A DNA stretch of 64,000 nt, from NCBI GenBank assembly GCA_965116925.1, contig OZ220744.1, forward strand, positions 5,440,001 to 5,504,000. Direction: 5' to 3'. This DNA is from Candidatus Poribacteria bacterium. Lineage in GTDB: Bacteria > Poribacteria > WGA-4E > PCPOR2b. A program made the translations under genes and the position numbers. Under the pieces are notes generated by a model, which saw only the letters and a list, made by a program, of their open reading frames with translations, was not told the origin of the DNA and made no database searches. This document shows, one piece after another, positions 10,059 through 19,015 of the stretch; position 1 is the stretch's first letter, and each line of letters opens with the position of its first letter.

Positions 10059-10269
10059 TCAATATCCCCTTATCATTTATGAGGCGTTGTGTCGGTATAC
10101 CAAGAGCTATGCTAGTGTTCCTCACACGCTTTGTCCAATTATATTGTCACTAATTTTGTGCTGTACCGCCTACCCTTTCAGTGCAGCATCGCAATGATTC
10201 AATATTATACCTAAGTTGCCCCCTAACAGCTACGGTACACGGAGTATGCCTACTACTAGCAACCTGAGT

Positions 10270-10298
10270 ATTATATCCGCATCTCCAAATAGATGCAA
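10270..10298 (-). promoter_or_regulatory. sigma70 promoter with overlapping palindrome, upstream of the binding-protein pair
   Basis: Minus strand TTGCAT-17-TATAAT; inverted repeat GCATCT-N6-AGATGC at 10279-10296. Confidence 0.55.
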
Positions 10299-10387
10299 GG
10301 AAATCACAGCCTTTGCTATCAATATAAGTCTGACAAAACTGAATCATAGGCGAGTATTTAATTTTCGCCCTAAGCGTTTAATGATTC

Positions 10388-10416
10388 TTGACAATGCTTG
10401 TTTTTTTTGTTACAAT
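10388..10416 (+). promoter_or_regulatory. sigma70 promoter of the tRNA cluster
   Basis: TTGACA-17-TACAAT, 14 nt before the first tRNA. Confidence 0.8.
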
Positions 10417-10430
10417 AAGTGCGCTTTTTC

Positions 10431-10518
10431 GGTGGGATGGCTGAGAGGTCGAAAGCGGCGGTCTTGAAAACCGTTGTGGCGCAAGTCACCGTGGGTTCGA
10501 ATCCTACTCCCACCGCCA
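10431..10518 (+). tRNA. tRNA-Ser(TGA)
   Basis: Cloverleaf with long variable arm, anticodon loop CT-TGA-AA, GGTTCGAATCC, G73, CCA encoded. Confidence 0.95.
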
Positions 10519-10531
10519 CTATTAAAAATAT

Positions 10532-10621
10532 GGAGGGGTGCAGGAGTGGTTGAACTGGGCTGCCTGCTAAGCAGTTATGGCTTAACCGCCATCGTGGGTT
10601 CGAATCCCACTCCCTCCGCCA
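10532..10621 (+). tRNA. tRNA-Ser(GCT)
   Basis: Anticodon loop CT-GCT-AA, long variable arm, CCA encoded. Confidence 0.95.
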
Positions 10622-10629
10622 GCTATTAC

Positions 10630-10703
10630 GCGCCTGTAGCTCAGTGGATCAGAGCATCTGACTACGGATCAGAAGGTCGGGGGTTCGAATCCTCTCGGGC
10701 GCT
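10630..10703 (+). tRNA. tRNA-Arg(ACG)
   Basis: Anticodon stem-loop TCTGA-CTACGGA-TCAGA; CCA not encoded. Confidence 0.95.
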
Positions 10704-10790
10704 TAATGATATGCGTTTTCGGTCCCGCGGCTCCGGCTGCGGGGCTGGAAGTGCGAATTTGGGGCAATTACCCCGTTTCGATCTTTTGCA

Positions 10791-11240
10791 ATGTCGGATC
10801 AGTTCTGGATGCGTGAAGCCCTTGCGGTTGCCCGTCAGGGTGCCTCGCTCGGTGAAGTTCCCGTTGGTGCAGTTATCATCAAGGATGGAATTGTCCTCGC
10901 TCGCGCTCATAATAGACGAGAAGGGACAAAGGATCCAACCGCTCATGCAGAACTGATTGCGATTCGATTGGCTGCTTCATCTGTCGGTGATTGGCGTTTG
11001 ACGGACACAATTCTTTATGTGACTTTAGAACCGTGTCCGATGTGTTGTGGAGCAATTATCTTGGCTCGCATCCCACGGGTCGTTTATGCCGCCTCAGATC
11101 CAAAGGCTGGTGCCGCGGGGACACTGTTCAACCTGTTACAAGATGAACGTCTCAATCACCAAGTGGATGTCACACAAGGGGTTCTAGCAGAGGAGAGTAG
11201 CCATCTGCTTAAATCTTTTTTCCGAGATCGGCGAACCTAA
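10791..11240 (+). CDS. tadA: tRNA adenosine(34) deaminase
   Basis: GEVPVGAV, DPTAHAE, TLEPCPMC, DPKAGA, LNH motifs. Confidence 0.95.
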   Translation: MSDQFWMREALAVARQGASLGEVPVGAVIIKDGIVLARAHNRREGTKDPTAHAELIAIRLAASSVGDWRLTDTILYVTLEPCPMCCGAIILARIPRVVYAASDPKAGAAGTLFNLLQDERLNHQVDVTQGVLAEESSHLLKSFFRDRRT

Positions 11241-11246
11241 ATTTTT

Positions 11247-11335
11247 GGAGAGATGCTGGAGCCTGGTTGAACAGGACAGTCTCGAAAACTGTTGTGGCGT
11301 TATCGTCACCGTGGGTTCGAATCCCACTCTCTCCG
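11247..11335 (+). tRNA. tRNA-Ser(CGA)
   Basis: ACAGT-CTCGAAA-ACTGT anticodon arm, long variable arm. Confidence 0.95.
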
Positions 11336-11341
11336 CCTTTT

Positions 11342-11414
11342 GGGGCAGTGGCTCAGTTGGGAGAGCGCATCCCTCGCACGGATGAGGCCACGGGTTCAAA
11401 TCCCGTCTGCTCCA
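11342..11414 (+). tRNA. tRNA-Ala(CGC)
   Basis: CATCC-CTCGCAC-GGATG anticodon arm; G3:U70 alanine identity pair. Confidence 0.95.
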
Positions 11415-11519
11415 TCGATTTTTCCGATCGTTAGTGATTGGAACAAACTTTTGGACAGCACGGGCCAGGTTTCCTGCTATATGACGATAGCGAGAAATCC
11501 GGTGCTGCTCAAGATTTTC

Positions 11520-11610
11520 GGAGAGATGCAGGAGCTGGTTGAACTGGCATGACTGGAAATCATGTGTGCAGGCAACTGTACCGTGGGTTCGAATCCCACT
11601 CTCTCCGCCA
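11520..11610 (+). tRNA. tRNA-Ser(GGA)
   Basis: CATGA-CTGGAAA-TCATG anticodon arm, long variable arm, CCA encoded. Confidence 0.95.
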
Positions 11611-11630
11611 TTATCACCTCTGTCGAGACT

Positions 11631-11903
11631 TGGCTATGCTAAGCGGGGAGGTAGCGGTGCCCTGAACCTGCAATCCGCTATAGCAGGGCTGAATTCCTAT
11701 TGTGCGGCGAACTTCTTTTGAGGACTGGCCCATGTAAGTGGTGATGAAGATTGGGTCCTGAGCAACTCACAATTATCAAACCCCGTCAGGTCCGGAAGGA
11801 AGCAGCGGTAGATAATCTGGGGGTGTGACGCAGGGAAGCCTAGTCGGAGCTAACTGCTTGGGTAACGCTTGGGAGAACTTGTCAAGCTCTAGGTGCATGG
11901 CCA
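11631..11903 (+). ncRNA. ffs: Signal recognition particle RNA, large (Alu-domain-containing, Bacillus scRNA-type)
   Basis: 5' GCTAAGCGGGGAGGTAGCGGTGCCCTG...GCAATCCGC Alu domain; domain IV GTCAGGTCCGGAAGGAAGCAGC; 5'/3' ends pair (TGGCTATGC / GCATGGCCA). Confidence 0.93.
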
Positions 11904-11985
11904 GGATTTTTTTCATCCTCTTCCCCTCTCCTATTGGTCAGATAAAATCCCTTGGGTCAACCCACTTCGCGCGATGGGGGAAATT

Positions 11986-13854
11986 ATGTCTTACGAGGTT
12001 TTAGCTCAGAAATGGCGTCCCCAATCATTTCAAGATGTAGTTGGGCAGACGCATGTGATAACAACTCTCAGAAATCAAATCCTATCGGATCGGATTGGTC
12101 ACGCCTACCTGTTTTGGGGACCGAGGGGAACCGGGAAAACAACGGTTGCCCGTATTCTCGCGAAAGCAGTGAATTGCCCCAATCGTCAGCAAGAGACCGA
12201 GTTTAGCCAAGAATCTATAGCTGAACCTTGCAACAATTGTCAGTTCTGCTCGGAAATCTCTCAGGGGCGTTCGTTCGATGTCGTTGAGATGGACGCTGCC
12301 TCTAATCGAGGCATTGATCCGATTCGCGAGCTACGCGAGAATACTAAGCTAGCTCCCGCTGCCTGTCGTTATAAAATCTATATCATCGATGAAGCACACA
12401 TGCTCACGCAAGAAGCGTTTAATGCCCTTTTGAAAACGCTTGAAGAGCCCCCACCACACGTCATCTTTATCCTTGCAACAACCGAACACCATAGAATTCC
12501 GAAAACAATTGTATCTCGCTGCCAAGATTTTGATTTTCGCTACATGGAGCAGGATCAAATCATAGGACGACTGCAAGATATCTGCAAAGCTGAAAATGTT
12601 CAGATTGATACGCAAGGACTATCGTTGATTTCCCTGCAATCGGAGGGCTGTCTGAGGGATGCCGAGAATTTGCTAGAACGATTGACCGCATCAATAGGGA
12701 AAGAACTCGATGTAGATAAGATTAACCAAATACTCGGGTTCGGTTCAAGTCATCTGATAAATGAACTGATTGATGCCATCCTGCAAAGTGACCTGCCAGC
12801 GGCACTCCAATCGCTCGATAAATTGGTGAAAAATGGGACAGATTTGACGCAATGTCTGCATCAACAGGTTACTTGCTTCAGAAATTTGAGGCTTTTAGCT
12901 ATTGGATCGAATTTAGAGAGTGTAATTTCGGCATCCAAATCGGAAATAGAGCTAATGAAAGAGAAAGCGCACCTCGCTTCTCCAGAACGTCTTTCCCGGA
13001 TTATTAAAATTCTGATGCGAACTAGCAGTGAGATTAAGCAGCACGGATATGCACAAATCCATCTTGAATCTGCGTTAATTGATGCTTGCTCAATCCAAGA
13101 GGGCATCCAACTGACGAAGATTTTGAAACGGTTATCAGAGATTGAGGACAAAATTGATCGGGGAGAGGCTCCAAGTAGAGTCTCTGTACCGCCAGCGATC
13201 TCTGAATCAACTGGGGGATCTCCGCCAAGGCACTCTGCGCCCACGCCAGTTTTAGAATCCGCTACAGACTCAGAAATGGCAGAAAATCAAACTCCAAAAT
13301 ACAGGGTTCAATCATCTTCGGAAACTCAGATTGAGCCGCATCCGGTTTCTACCGATACTTATGTAGCTGGAGACGGCATGGAGCAGCCGCATATCAAATC
13401 CGTTCCCGCGGCTGTACAGCACCTGATGTCCGATTCAAATGAGTTGGCAAAGATTTGGGAAAGCTTGTTGGGAGGGTTGCAAGACAGAGGCAAAATGTTA
13501 TTACACCGGTACTTGAAAAGCGCAACTCCGCAGCCAAATAACGAAGGGGAAACAACGTTGTCAAGTAACGGGCTAGAATTGAAAATTGCTTGCCCCCCAG
13601 CCTATACAGACCTAATTGATGATGACGAGAAAACGTTACTCAAGGAAATGCTTGCCGATCTGCTCGGAACGCCCGTTCAAATTAGCTTCGTGGCTGCAAG
13701 CGCGAACCCTCATGTCAACGCAACACTACCACCTTCTCGGCGGTCCCAAGAAATAACACCAATGATGCTGCAGCACCAAGCCGAACGGGATCCGGAGGTC
13801 GCGCCGGCACTTAAGCTGTTTGAGGCAAAGATTCTTAAAATTGAACCCAAATAG
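11986..13854 (+). CDS. dnaX: DNA polymerase III subunit gamma/tau
   Basis: MSYEVLAQKWRPQ, GPRGTGKTT, DAASNRG, IIDEAHML, FNALLKTLEEPP, SRC; start moved to ATG 11986. Confidence 0.97.
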   Translation: MSYEVLAQKWRPQSFQDVVGQTHVITTLRNQILSDRIGHAYLFWGPRGTGKTTVARILAKAVNCPNRQQETEFSQESIAEPCNNCQFCSEISQGRSFDVVEMDAASNRGIDPIRELRENTKLAPAACRYKIYIIDEAHMLTQEAFNALLKTLEEPPPHVIFILATTEHHRIPKTIVSRCQDFDFRYMEQDQIIGRLQDICKAENVQIDTQGLSLISLQSEGCLRDAENLLERLTASIGKELDVDKINQILGFGSSHLINELIDAILQSDLPAALQSLDKLVKNGTDLTQCLHQQVTCFRNLRLLAIGSNLESVISASKSEIELMKEKAHLASPERLSRIIKILMRTSSEIKQHGYAQIHLESALIDACSIQEGIQLTKILKRLSEIEDKIDRGEAPSRVSVPPAISESTGGSPPRHSAPTPVLESATDSEMAENQTPKYRVQSSSETQIEPHPVSTDTYVAGDGMEQPHIKSVPAAVQHLMSDSNELAKIWESLLGGLQDRGKMLLHRYLKSATPQPNNEGETTLSSNGLELKIACPPAYTDLIDDDEKTLLKEMLADLLGTPVQISFVAASANPHVNATLPPSRRSQEITPMMLQHQAERDPEVAPALKLFEAKILKIEPK

Positions 13855-13978
13855 TCTGTGTTGGAGGACATGATCTACTAACCCAAGAATGAATCCTAAG
13901 CGGACAAAGCGTGTCTGATGCTTAATGATAGAATCTCAAACTGTAACTATTTAACAAGATCCACAAGAGGTCAGCTCA

Positions 13979-14287
13979 ATGAATATGAATAATCTGATGA
14001 AACAAGCGCAACAGATGCAAAAGCGCATGCTTGATATTCAAGAGGAACTTGCCACCCGCACTGTTGAAGCAACCGTTGGCGGCGGCATGGTAACAGCCGT
14101 TGTTAATGGTCAACAGGAACTCATGTCGCTCACAATCTCACCAGAGGTTGTTGATCCAGATGATATCGAAATGCTCGAAGACCTCATCGTTGCCGCAGTC
14201 AATGAAGCGCGGCATCAAGCGCAAGAACTGATGACGCAAGAGATGAGCAAATTGACGGGAGGCGTTAAAATTCCGGGACTGATGTGA
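13979..14287 (+). CDS. ybaB: YbaB/EbfC nucleoid-associated protein
   Basis: MKQAQQMQ...GGGMV...DIEMLEDLI; between dnaX and recR. Confidence 0.95.
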   Translation: MNMNNLMKQAQQMQKRMLDIQEELATRTVEATVGGGMVTAVVNGQQELMSLTISPEVVDPDDIEMLEDLIVAAVNEARHQAQELMTQEMSKLTGGVKIPGLM

Positions 14288-14432
14288 AGACTGCGGGCAA
14301 TAGATTTTGGCCTGTGCGTTGGAACGCATCGGTGAATGACTATTTTTATATCAATCGCCAATTCAAAATCCATAATCTTCCACTATAAGAACTGGATTTC
14401 TCTGGCGTAGCATACCGGAACCAAAACTCAGT

Positions 14433-15032
14433 ATGCTCCATTATCCTGAACCGCTAGCACGTCTTATCAATGAGTTGCAAAAGCTACCTACAATCGGTGC
14501 CAAAACGGCGCAACGTTTAGCATTTTTTATGTTAAAAATGCCCGAATCTGACACGACTCAACTGGCGCAAGCACTCTCCGAGGTAAAGACTCATCTGGAT
14601 TATTGCTCGGTCTGTGGAAATATCACAGATCAGCAGCCATGTTATATCTGTACGGATACTAGACGTGATCGCCAAACCATTTGTGTTATCGAAGAGCCAG
14701 ACGACCTTTTAGCAATTGAGCGTACGCAGGAGTATAAGGGTTTATACCACACGCTCATGGGTGTTCTATCGCCGTTGGACGGTGTAGGACCACAAGATCT
14801 CAGGATTGACCAACTTTTTGAGCGAATCCGCGGGGAGGATATCAGAGAGGTTATCCTCGCAACAAATTACACTACCGAAGGTCAGGCAACCGCGCTCTAT
14901 TTGACAAAACAACTCGAAACTCTTGAGATTACCACCACTCGCATTGCTTACGGCATTCCGGTCGGCGGCGATCTTGAGTATATAGACGCAGTGACCCTTG
15001 CTAAAGCCTTGGAAGGACGTCGGCGCATTTAA
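14433..15032 (+). CDS. recR: Recombination mediator RecR
   Basis: LPTIGAKTAQRLAF, C4 zinc finger, LSPLDGVGP, GIPVGGDLEYID. Confidence 0.97.
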   Translation: MLHYPEPLARLINELQKLPTIGAKTAQRLAFFMLKMPESDTTQLAQALSEVKTHLDYCSVCGNITDQQPCYICTDTRRDRQTICVIEEPDDLLAIERTQEYKGLYHTLMGVLSPLDGVGPQDLRIDQLFERIRGEDIREVILATNYTTEGQATALYLTKQLETLEITTTRIAYGIPVGGDLEYIDAVTLAKALEGRRRI

Positions 15033-15046
15033 GCCTAAAACAGAGG

Positions 15047-16021
15047 ATGAATCAAATGCCTTGTAAACTGAAATTTGGCTTCTGCCTGTGGGGTTTACTA
15101 GGCATAATGTTTTTCGGTTCGGATACGGGCTCGGTTTATACGCATGCTGAATCCGGTGCCAATTCGCCTCCGTCGCCGTTAGTAGAAGAAACCTTTAGCG
15201 ATGGCACATTCAACGCCAAACGTGCTTTTGCCTACCTAGAGAAGCAGTGTGAGTTTGGTCCGCGTGTGCCAGGGACGACCATTCACCAAGAGACAGGAGC
15301 ATATCTATTCGCAGAACTCGAAAAATATGCCGACGAGGTTGTGTTTCAACCTTTTGAGTTTCAGGATCAAGATAGAACGATTCAGATGAACAATATCTTA
15401 GCGCGCTTCGGGGAAGATTCAAGTGGAAAGATGCTCCTCGCAGCACACTGGGACACGCGCCCATTCGCAGATCGGGATCCAGACCCTGCCAATCGAAACA
15501 CGCCAATCCTCGGTGCAAATGATGGTGCTTCGGGTGTGGCGGTTCTGTTGGAGGTCGCACGGGTTTTGAAATCTAAACCACCTCCGACACCAGTGATTAT
15601 TGTCCTGTTTGATGGCGAAGATTACGGCAGAACAGTTTCCACCATGTTCCTCGGTTCGACACACTTTGCCGAGAATATGGACGGCTGGGAGGCAGATTTT
15701 GGTATCTTGTTGGACATGGTTGGTGACCGGACGCTAGAGTTGCCGATGGAACGGTATTCATGGAATGCGGCACGGGACTTGACGGAGGCAATCTGGCGAC
15801 GGGCTGAAGAGTTGGGGTTGCCGGCATTTCAACACCGATTGGGACCTGCAATTATGGATGATCACTTGCCACTCATTCAATCAGGGGTCCCAACAATCGA
15901 TATTATTGACTTTGATTATCCGTACTGGCATACAGTGGAGGATACTCCTGACAAATGTAGTGCAGAAAGCTTGGAAATTGTCGGGCGGTTAGTGTTAGAT
16001 ATAATCTATTCGGGACTGTGA
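15047..16021 (+). CDS. M28 family peptidase / glutaminyl cyclase-like, exported
   Basis: AAHWDTRP, GANDGASGV, FDGEDYG, LLDMVG, DDHLP, YWHT. Confidence 0.9.
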   Translation: MNQMPCKLKFGFCLWGLLGIMFFGSDTGSVYTHAESGANSPPSPLVEETFSDGTFNAKRAFAYLEKQCEFGPRVPGTTIHQETGAYLFAELEKYADEVVFQPFEFQDQDRTIQMNNILARFGEDSSGKMLLAAHWDTRPFADRDPDPANRNTPILGANDGASGVAVLLEVARVLKSKPPPTPVIIVLFDGEDYGRTVSTMFLGSTHFAENMDGWEADFGILLDMVGDRTLELPMERYSWNAARDLTEAIWRRAEELGLPAFQHRLGPAIMDDHLPLIQSGVPTIDIIDFDYPYWHTVEDTPDKCSAESLEIVGRLVLDIIYSGL

Positions 16022-16057
16022 CTCAATTTTATGCCCCTTATGACGAGGTGATTTCCC

Positions 16058-16477
16058 TTGCCCCGACACGATATTTACCATGAGGTTGTGAAGAATGTTC
16101 TCGTCAAAGACGGTTGGAGAATTACGCACGACCCTTTGATTCTGCCCTACGGTGGACGTAATCTTTATGTTGGTATTGGAGCCGAGGCACCAATTGGCGC
16201 AGAAAAGGATGGATACCAGATCGCTGTAGAGGTGAAGAGCTTCCTCGGAGGTTCGGAAATTGTGGAGTTGGAGCGTGCCTTAGGACAGTATATGCTTTAT
16301 CGTTTTTTGTTAGCGCGACAAGAACCAGAACGGGTGCTTTTTTTAGCCTTTCCTAGAAGTGCTTACGATAGCATTCTCAGCGAACCTGCTGAAGGACGAG
16401 ATTTTATCACCACACAAGACCTAAAGTTAATAGTCTTTGATCCGGATCGGGAGATTATTATCCAATGGATAGAGTAG
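16058..16477 (+). CDS. xisH: XisH family protein
   Basis: DIYHEVVKN.L.KDGW.ITHDP...IAVEVKSF...ALGQY. Confidence 0.9.
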   Translation: MPRHDIYHEVVKNVLVKDGWRITHDPLILPYGGRNLYVGIGAEAPIGAEKDGYQIAVEVKSFLGGSEIVELERALGQYMLYRFLLARQEPERVLFLAFPRSAYDSILSEPAEGRDFITTQDLKLIVFDPDREIIIQWIE

Positions 16478-16800
16478 CCAATTACCGACAAATCATTAAA
16501 CGTATTATTGCGGAATATGCTGCCTTGAAGCCTTCCTATGGCAATGTTGAAGTCGAGACGGTCTTTGACGAGTCCCACGACCACTATGAAATGATTTACA
16601 CAGGTTGGAACGAGTGGCGTCGTGTTCATGGCACAGTGATTCATGTAGACATCCGAGATGGCAAGGTGTGGATTCAGCATGACGGCACAGAGGAGGGCAT
16701 TGCTTATGAACTTTTAGAGGCAGGCATCCCACACGAACATATCGTGCTAGCGTTTCATCCTCCGCAAGCACGGAAACATACGCCGTTTGCAGTGTCATAA
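16465..16800 (+). CDS. xisI: XisI family protein
   Basis: IHVDIRDGKVWIQHDGTEEGIA.ELL.AGIP...IVLAFHPP. Confidence 0.92.
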   Translation: MDRVANYRQIIKRIIAEYAALKPSYGNVEVETVFDESHDHYEMIYTGWNEWRRVHGTVIHVDIRDGKVWIQHDGTEEGIAYELLEAGIPHEHIVLAFHPPQARKHTPFAVS

Positions 16801-16863
16801 GGAATAAGCAAACTGCCTGAGATACCGTTAAATATTAATACAGAATCAACGAAATAGAGTAAC

Positions 16864-18759
16864 TTGACAGTGAATACCTATCATAAACAGTACGATGTCC
16901 TTGTTGTTGGTGCGGGCCATGCTGGTTGCGAGGCTGCGCTTGCTGCGGCGCGGATGGGCTGCGAGACGTTGATTGTCACCATCAACCTCGACACCATCGC
17001 GAAGATGTCTTGTAACCCGGCAATCGGCGGGCTTGCAAAAGGGCATCTCGTCAAGGAGATTGACGCACTCGGCGGCGAGATGGCAAAGAACATCGACAAA
17101 ACGGGCATCCAATTTCGTCAACTGAATACAAAGAAGGGCCCGGCAGTCCGTTCAAGCCGTGCACAGGCGGATAAGTATGCGTACCAGTCTGAGATGAAGC
17201 GCGTCCTAGAGCGGCAGCCTCGTCTCGATATTAAGCAGCTGCTAGTTGATGAGCTGCTGACCGAAAACGGTGAGTGTATCGGTATATTGGGACACACCCA
17301 AACCGCCTACCTCGCCAAGACAGTCATCTTGACGACAGGCACATTTCTTAAGGGCTTAGTGCATCTCGGCGATGTATCCTACAGTGCTGGGCGAGCAGGG
17401 GAATCGTCAGCAGAAAAACTATCAGACAGTTTCCTGAACCTCGGATTTGAAATTGGTCGTCTGAAAACCGGCACACCTCCACGCGTTAATGCACACACCG
17501 TGAATTTTGATGTGATGGAGATTCAACCCGGCGATGCACAACCGCGTCCGTTTTCGTTCTCAACGGAACAGATCACGCAGTCACAGATACCGTGCCACTT
17601 AACATATACAAATGAAAAAACGCATCAGATTATTCGTGATAACCTCCACCGATCCGCTATGTACAGCGGCAGGATCACCGGCATTGGTCCCCGATACTGC
17701 CCATCTATTGAAGATAAAGTTGTCCGCTTTGCCGACAAAAATCGGCACCAAGTTTTTGTCGAACCGGAGGGCAGAGATACAGACGAAATTTACCTCAATG
17801 GAATCTCCGCAAGTCTACCCGAGGACGTTCAGGTGGATATGGTGCATAGCATCAATGGGCTAGAGAACGCCGAGATTATGCGCTTCGCCTATGCGGTAGA
17901 GTATGATTTCGCACCGGCGACGCAGCTCTACCCAACCCTCGAAACCAAACAGGTGGAGAATCTTTACTTCGCAGGTCAACTCAACGGCACTACCGGTTAT
18001 GAGGAAGCCGCCGCACAAGGATTGATGGCAGGGATCAACGCTGCCTTGAAGGTACGCAGTGAAGAGCCGCTTATTCTCGACCGTTCCCAAGCGTACATTG
18101 GCGTCCTCATTGATGACCTCGTAACCAAGGATATCCGGGAACCGTATCGGATGTTCACTTCACGCGCGGAGTATCGGCTAGAGCTGCGTGAGGATAATGC
18201 AGATCTACGATTGACGGAGATGGGACGTCAGATCGACTTAGTTGAGGCTAACACCTATGAGCGGTTCCAGATAAAGCGGAAACGGGTGGAGGCGGAAAAG
18301 AACCGTCTAGAACAGACGCGGTTGAAACCATCACTTGAGACACAAACTCGCTTGAAATCGGTTGGAATTAGCGAAATCGGTCAACCAACTTCATTGGCAG
18401 AACTGCTCAAACGTCCAGAAATCCACTATGAGCAAATCAAGCAGCTTGAACCGCCGCCCCAATCGTTGCCCGAAGTCGTGGCGGAACAGGTCGAAATTCA
18501 GATCAAGTACGAAGGATACATTGATCGTCAAACTACGCAGATTCAACAGTTTAAAAAGATGGAGCATTTTCGGATTCCGGATGATTTTGATTACGCCTCC
18601 GTGCACAGTCTCAAAACAGAGGCGAGTGAACAACTCGCAAAGATTCGTCCAATCTCTGTTGGACAAGCGTCGCGCATCCCCGGTGTTTCGCCTGCGGACA
18701 TCTCAATACTTATGGTCTGGGTTGAACAGTACAAACGACAGATGCAACCACACGTGTGA
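16864..18759 (+). CDS. mnmG: tRNA uridine-5-carboxymethylaminomethyl(34) synthesis enzyme MnmG (GidA)
   Basis: GAGHAGCEAA, MSCNPAIGG, GPRYCPSIEDK, GTTGYEEAAAQG. Confidence 0.98.
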   Translation: MTVNTYHKQYDVLVVGAGHAGCEAALAAARMGCETLIVTINLDTIAKMSCNPAIGGLAKGHLVKEIDALGGEMAKNIDKTGIQFRQLNTKKGPAVRSSRAQADKYAYQSEMKRVLERQPRLDIKQLLVDELLTENGECIGILGHTQTAYLAKTVILTTGTFLKGLVHLGDVSYSAGRAGESSAEKLSDSFLNLGFEIGRLKTGTPPRVNAHTVNFDVMEIQPGDAQPRPFSFSTEQITQSQIPCHLTYTNEKTHQIIRDNLHRSAMYSGRITGIGPRYCPSIEDKVVRFADKNRHQVFVEPEGRDTDEIYLNGISASLPEDVQVDMVHSINGLENAEIMRFAYAVEYDFAPATQLYPTLETKQVENLYFAGQLNGTTGYEEAAAQGLMAGINAALKVRSEEPLILDRSQAYIGVLIDDLVTKDIREPYRMFTSRAEYRLELREDNADLRLTEMGRQIDLVEANTYERFQIKRKRVEAEKNRLEQTRLKPSLETQTRLKSVGISEIGQPTSLAELLKRPEIHYEQIKQLEPPPQSLPEVVAEQVEIQIKYEGYIDRQTTQIQQFKKMEHFRIPDDFDYASVHSLKTEASEQLAKIRPISVGQASRIPGVSPADISILMVWVEQYKRQMQPHV

Positions 18760-18826
18760 TACATAAAACAATTGTTGAATTGCAGCTTTACTAACTTTGT
18801 ACCTTATAAGCTGCTGGGAGTTTTTG

Positions 18827-19015
18827 ATGACCCGTCAATTAACAGCAATCATTGAGCGTGAAGGAGATGAATACGTGTCATTGTGTCCAGAATTAGATAT
18901 TGCAAGTCAAGGTGAAACCATTGAACAAGCAAGAGAAAATCTGCGCGAAGCCTTGGAACTATTCTTTGAGTGTGCTTCCCTGAAAGAGGTGAATACGCGA
19001 CTTCATGCTATCTAG
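18827..19015 (+). CDS. HicB-family antitoxin, short and probably 3'-truncated, no toxin partner
   Basis: LTAIIEREGDEYVSLCPELDIASQGETIEQARENLREALELF; SD GGGAG. Confidence 0.75.
   Translation: MTRQLTAIIEREGDEYVSLCPELDIASQGETIEQARENLREALELFFECASLKEVNTRLHAI

Noticed and set aside
10474..10956. 160-aa ORF and other ORFs over the tRNA cluster
   Set aside because: Shadow frames overlapping tRNA genes and tadA
10490..11610. Repeated GTGGGTTCGAATCCCACTC as prophage att sites
   Set aside because: These are the T-arms of complete Ser tRNAs; no integrase nearby
11893..11985. 31-aa N-terminal extension of DnaX in the ORF track
   Set aside because: Overlaps the SRP RNA 3' end; the conserved start is MSYEVLA at 11986
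13863..13881. GGAGG followed by mini-ORF ATG ATC TAC TAA between dnaX and ybaB
   Set aside because: SD-ATG spacing of 2 nt is too short to support initiation
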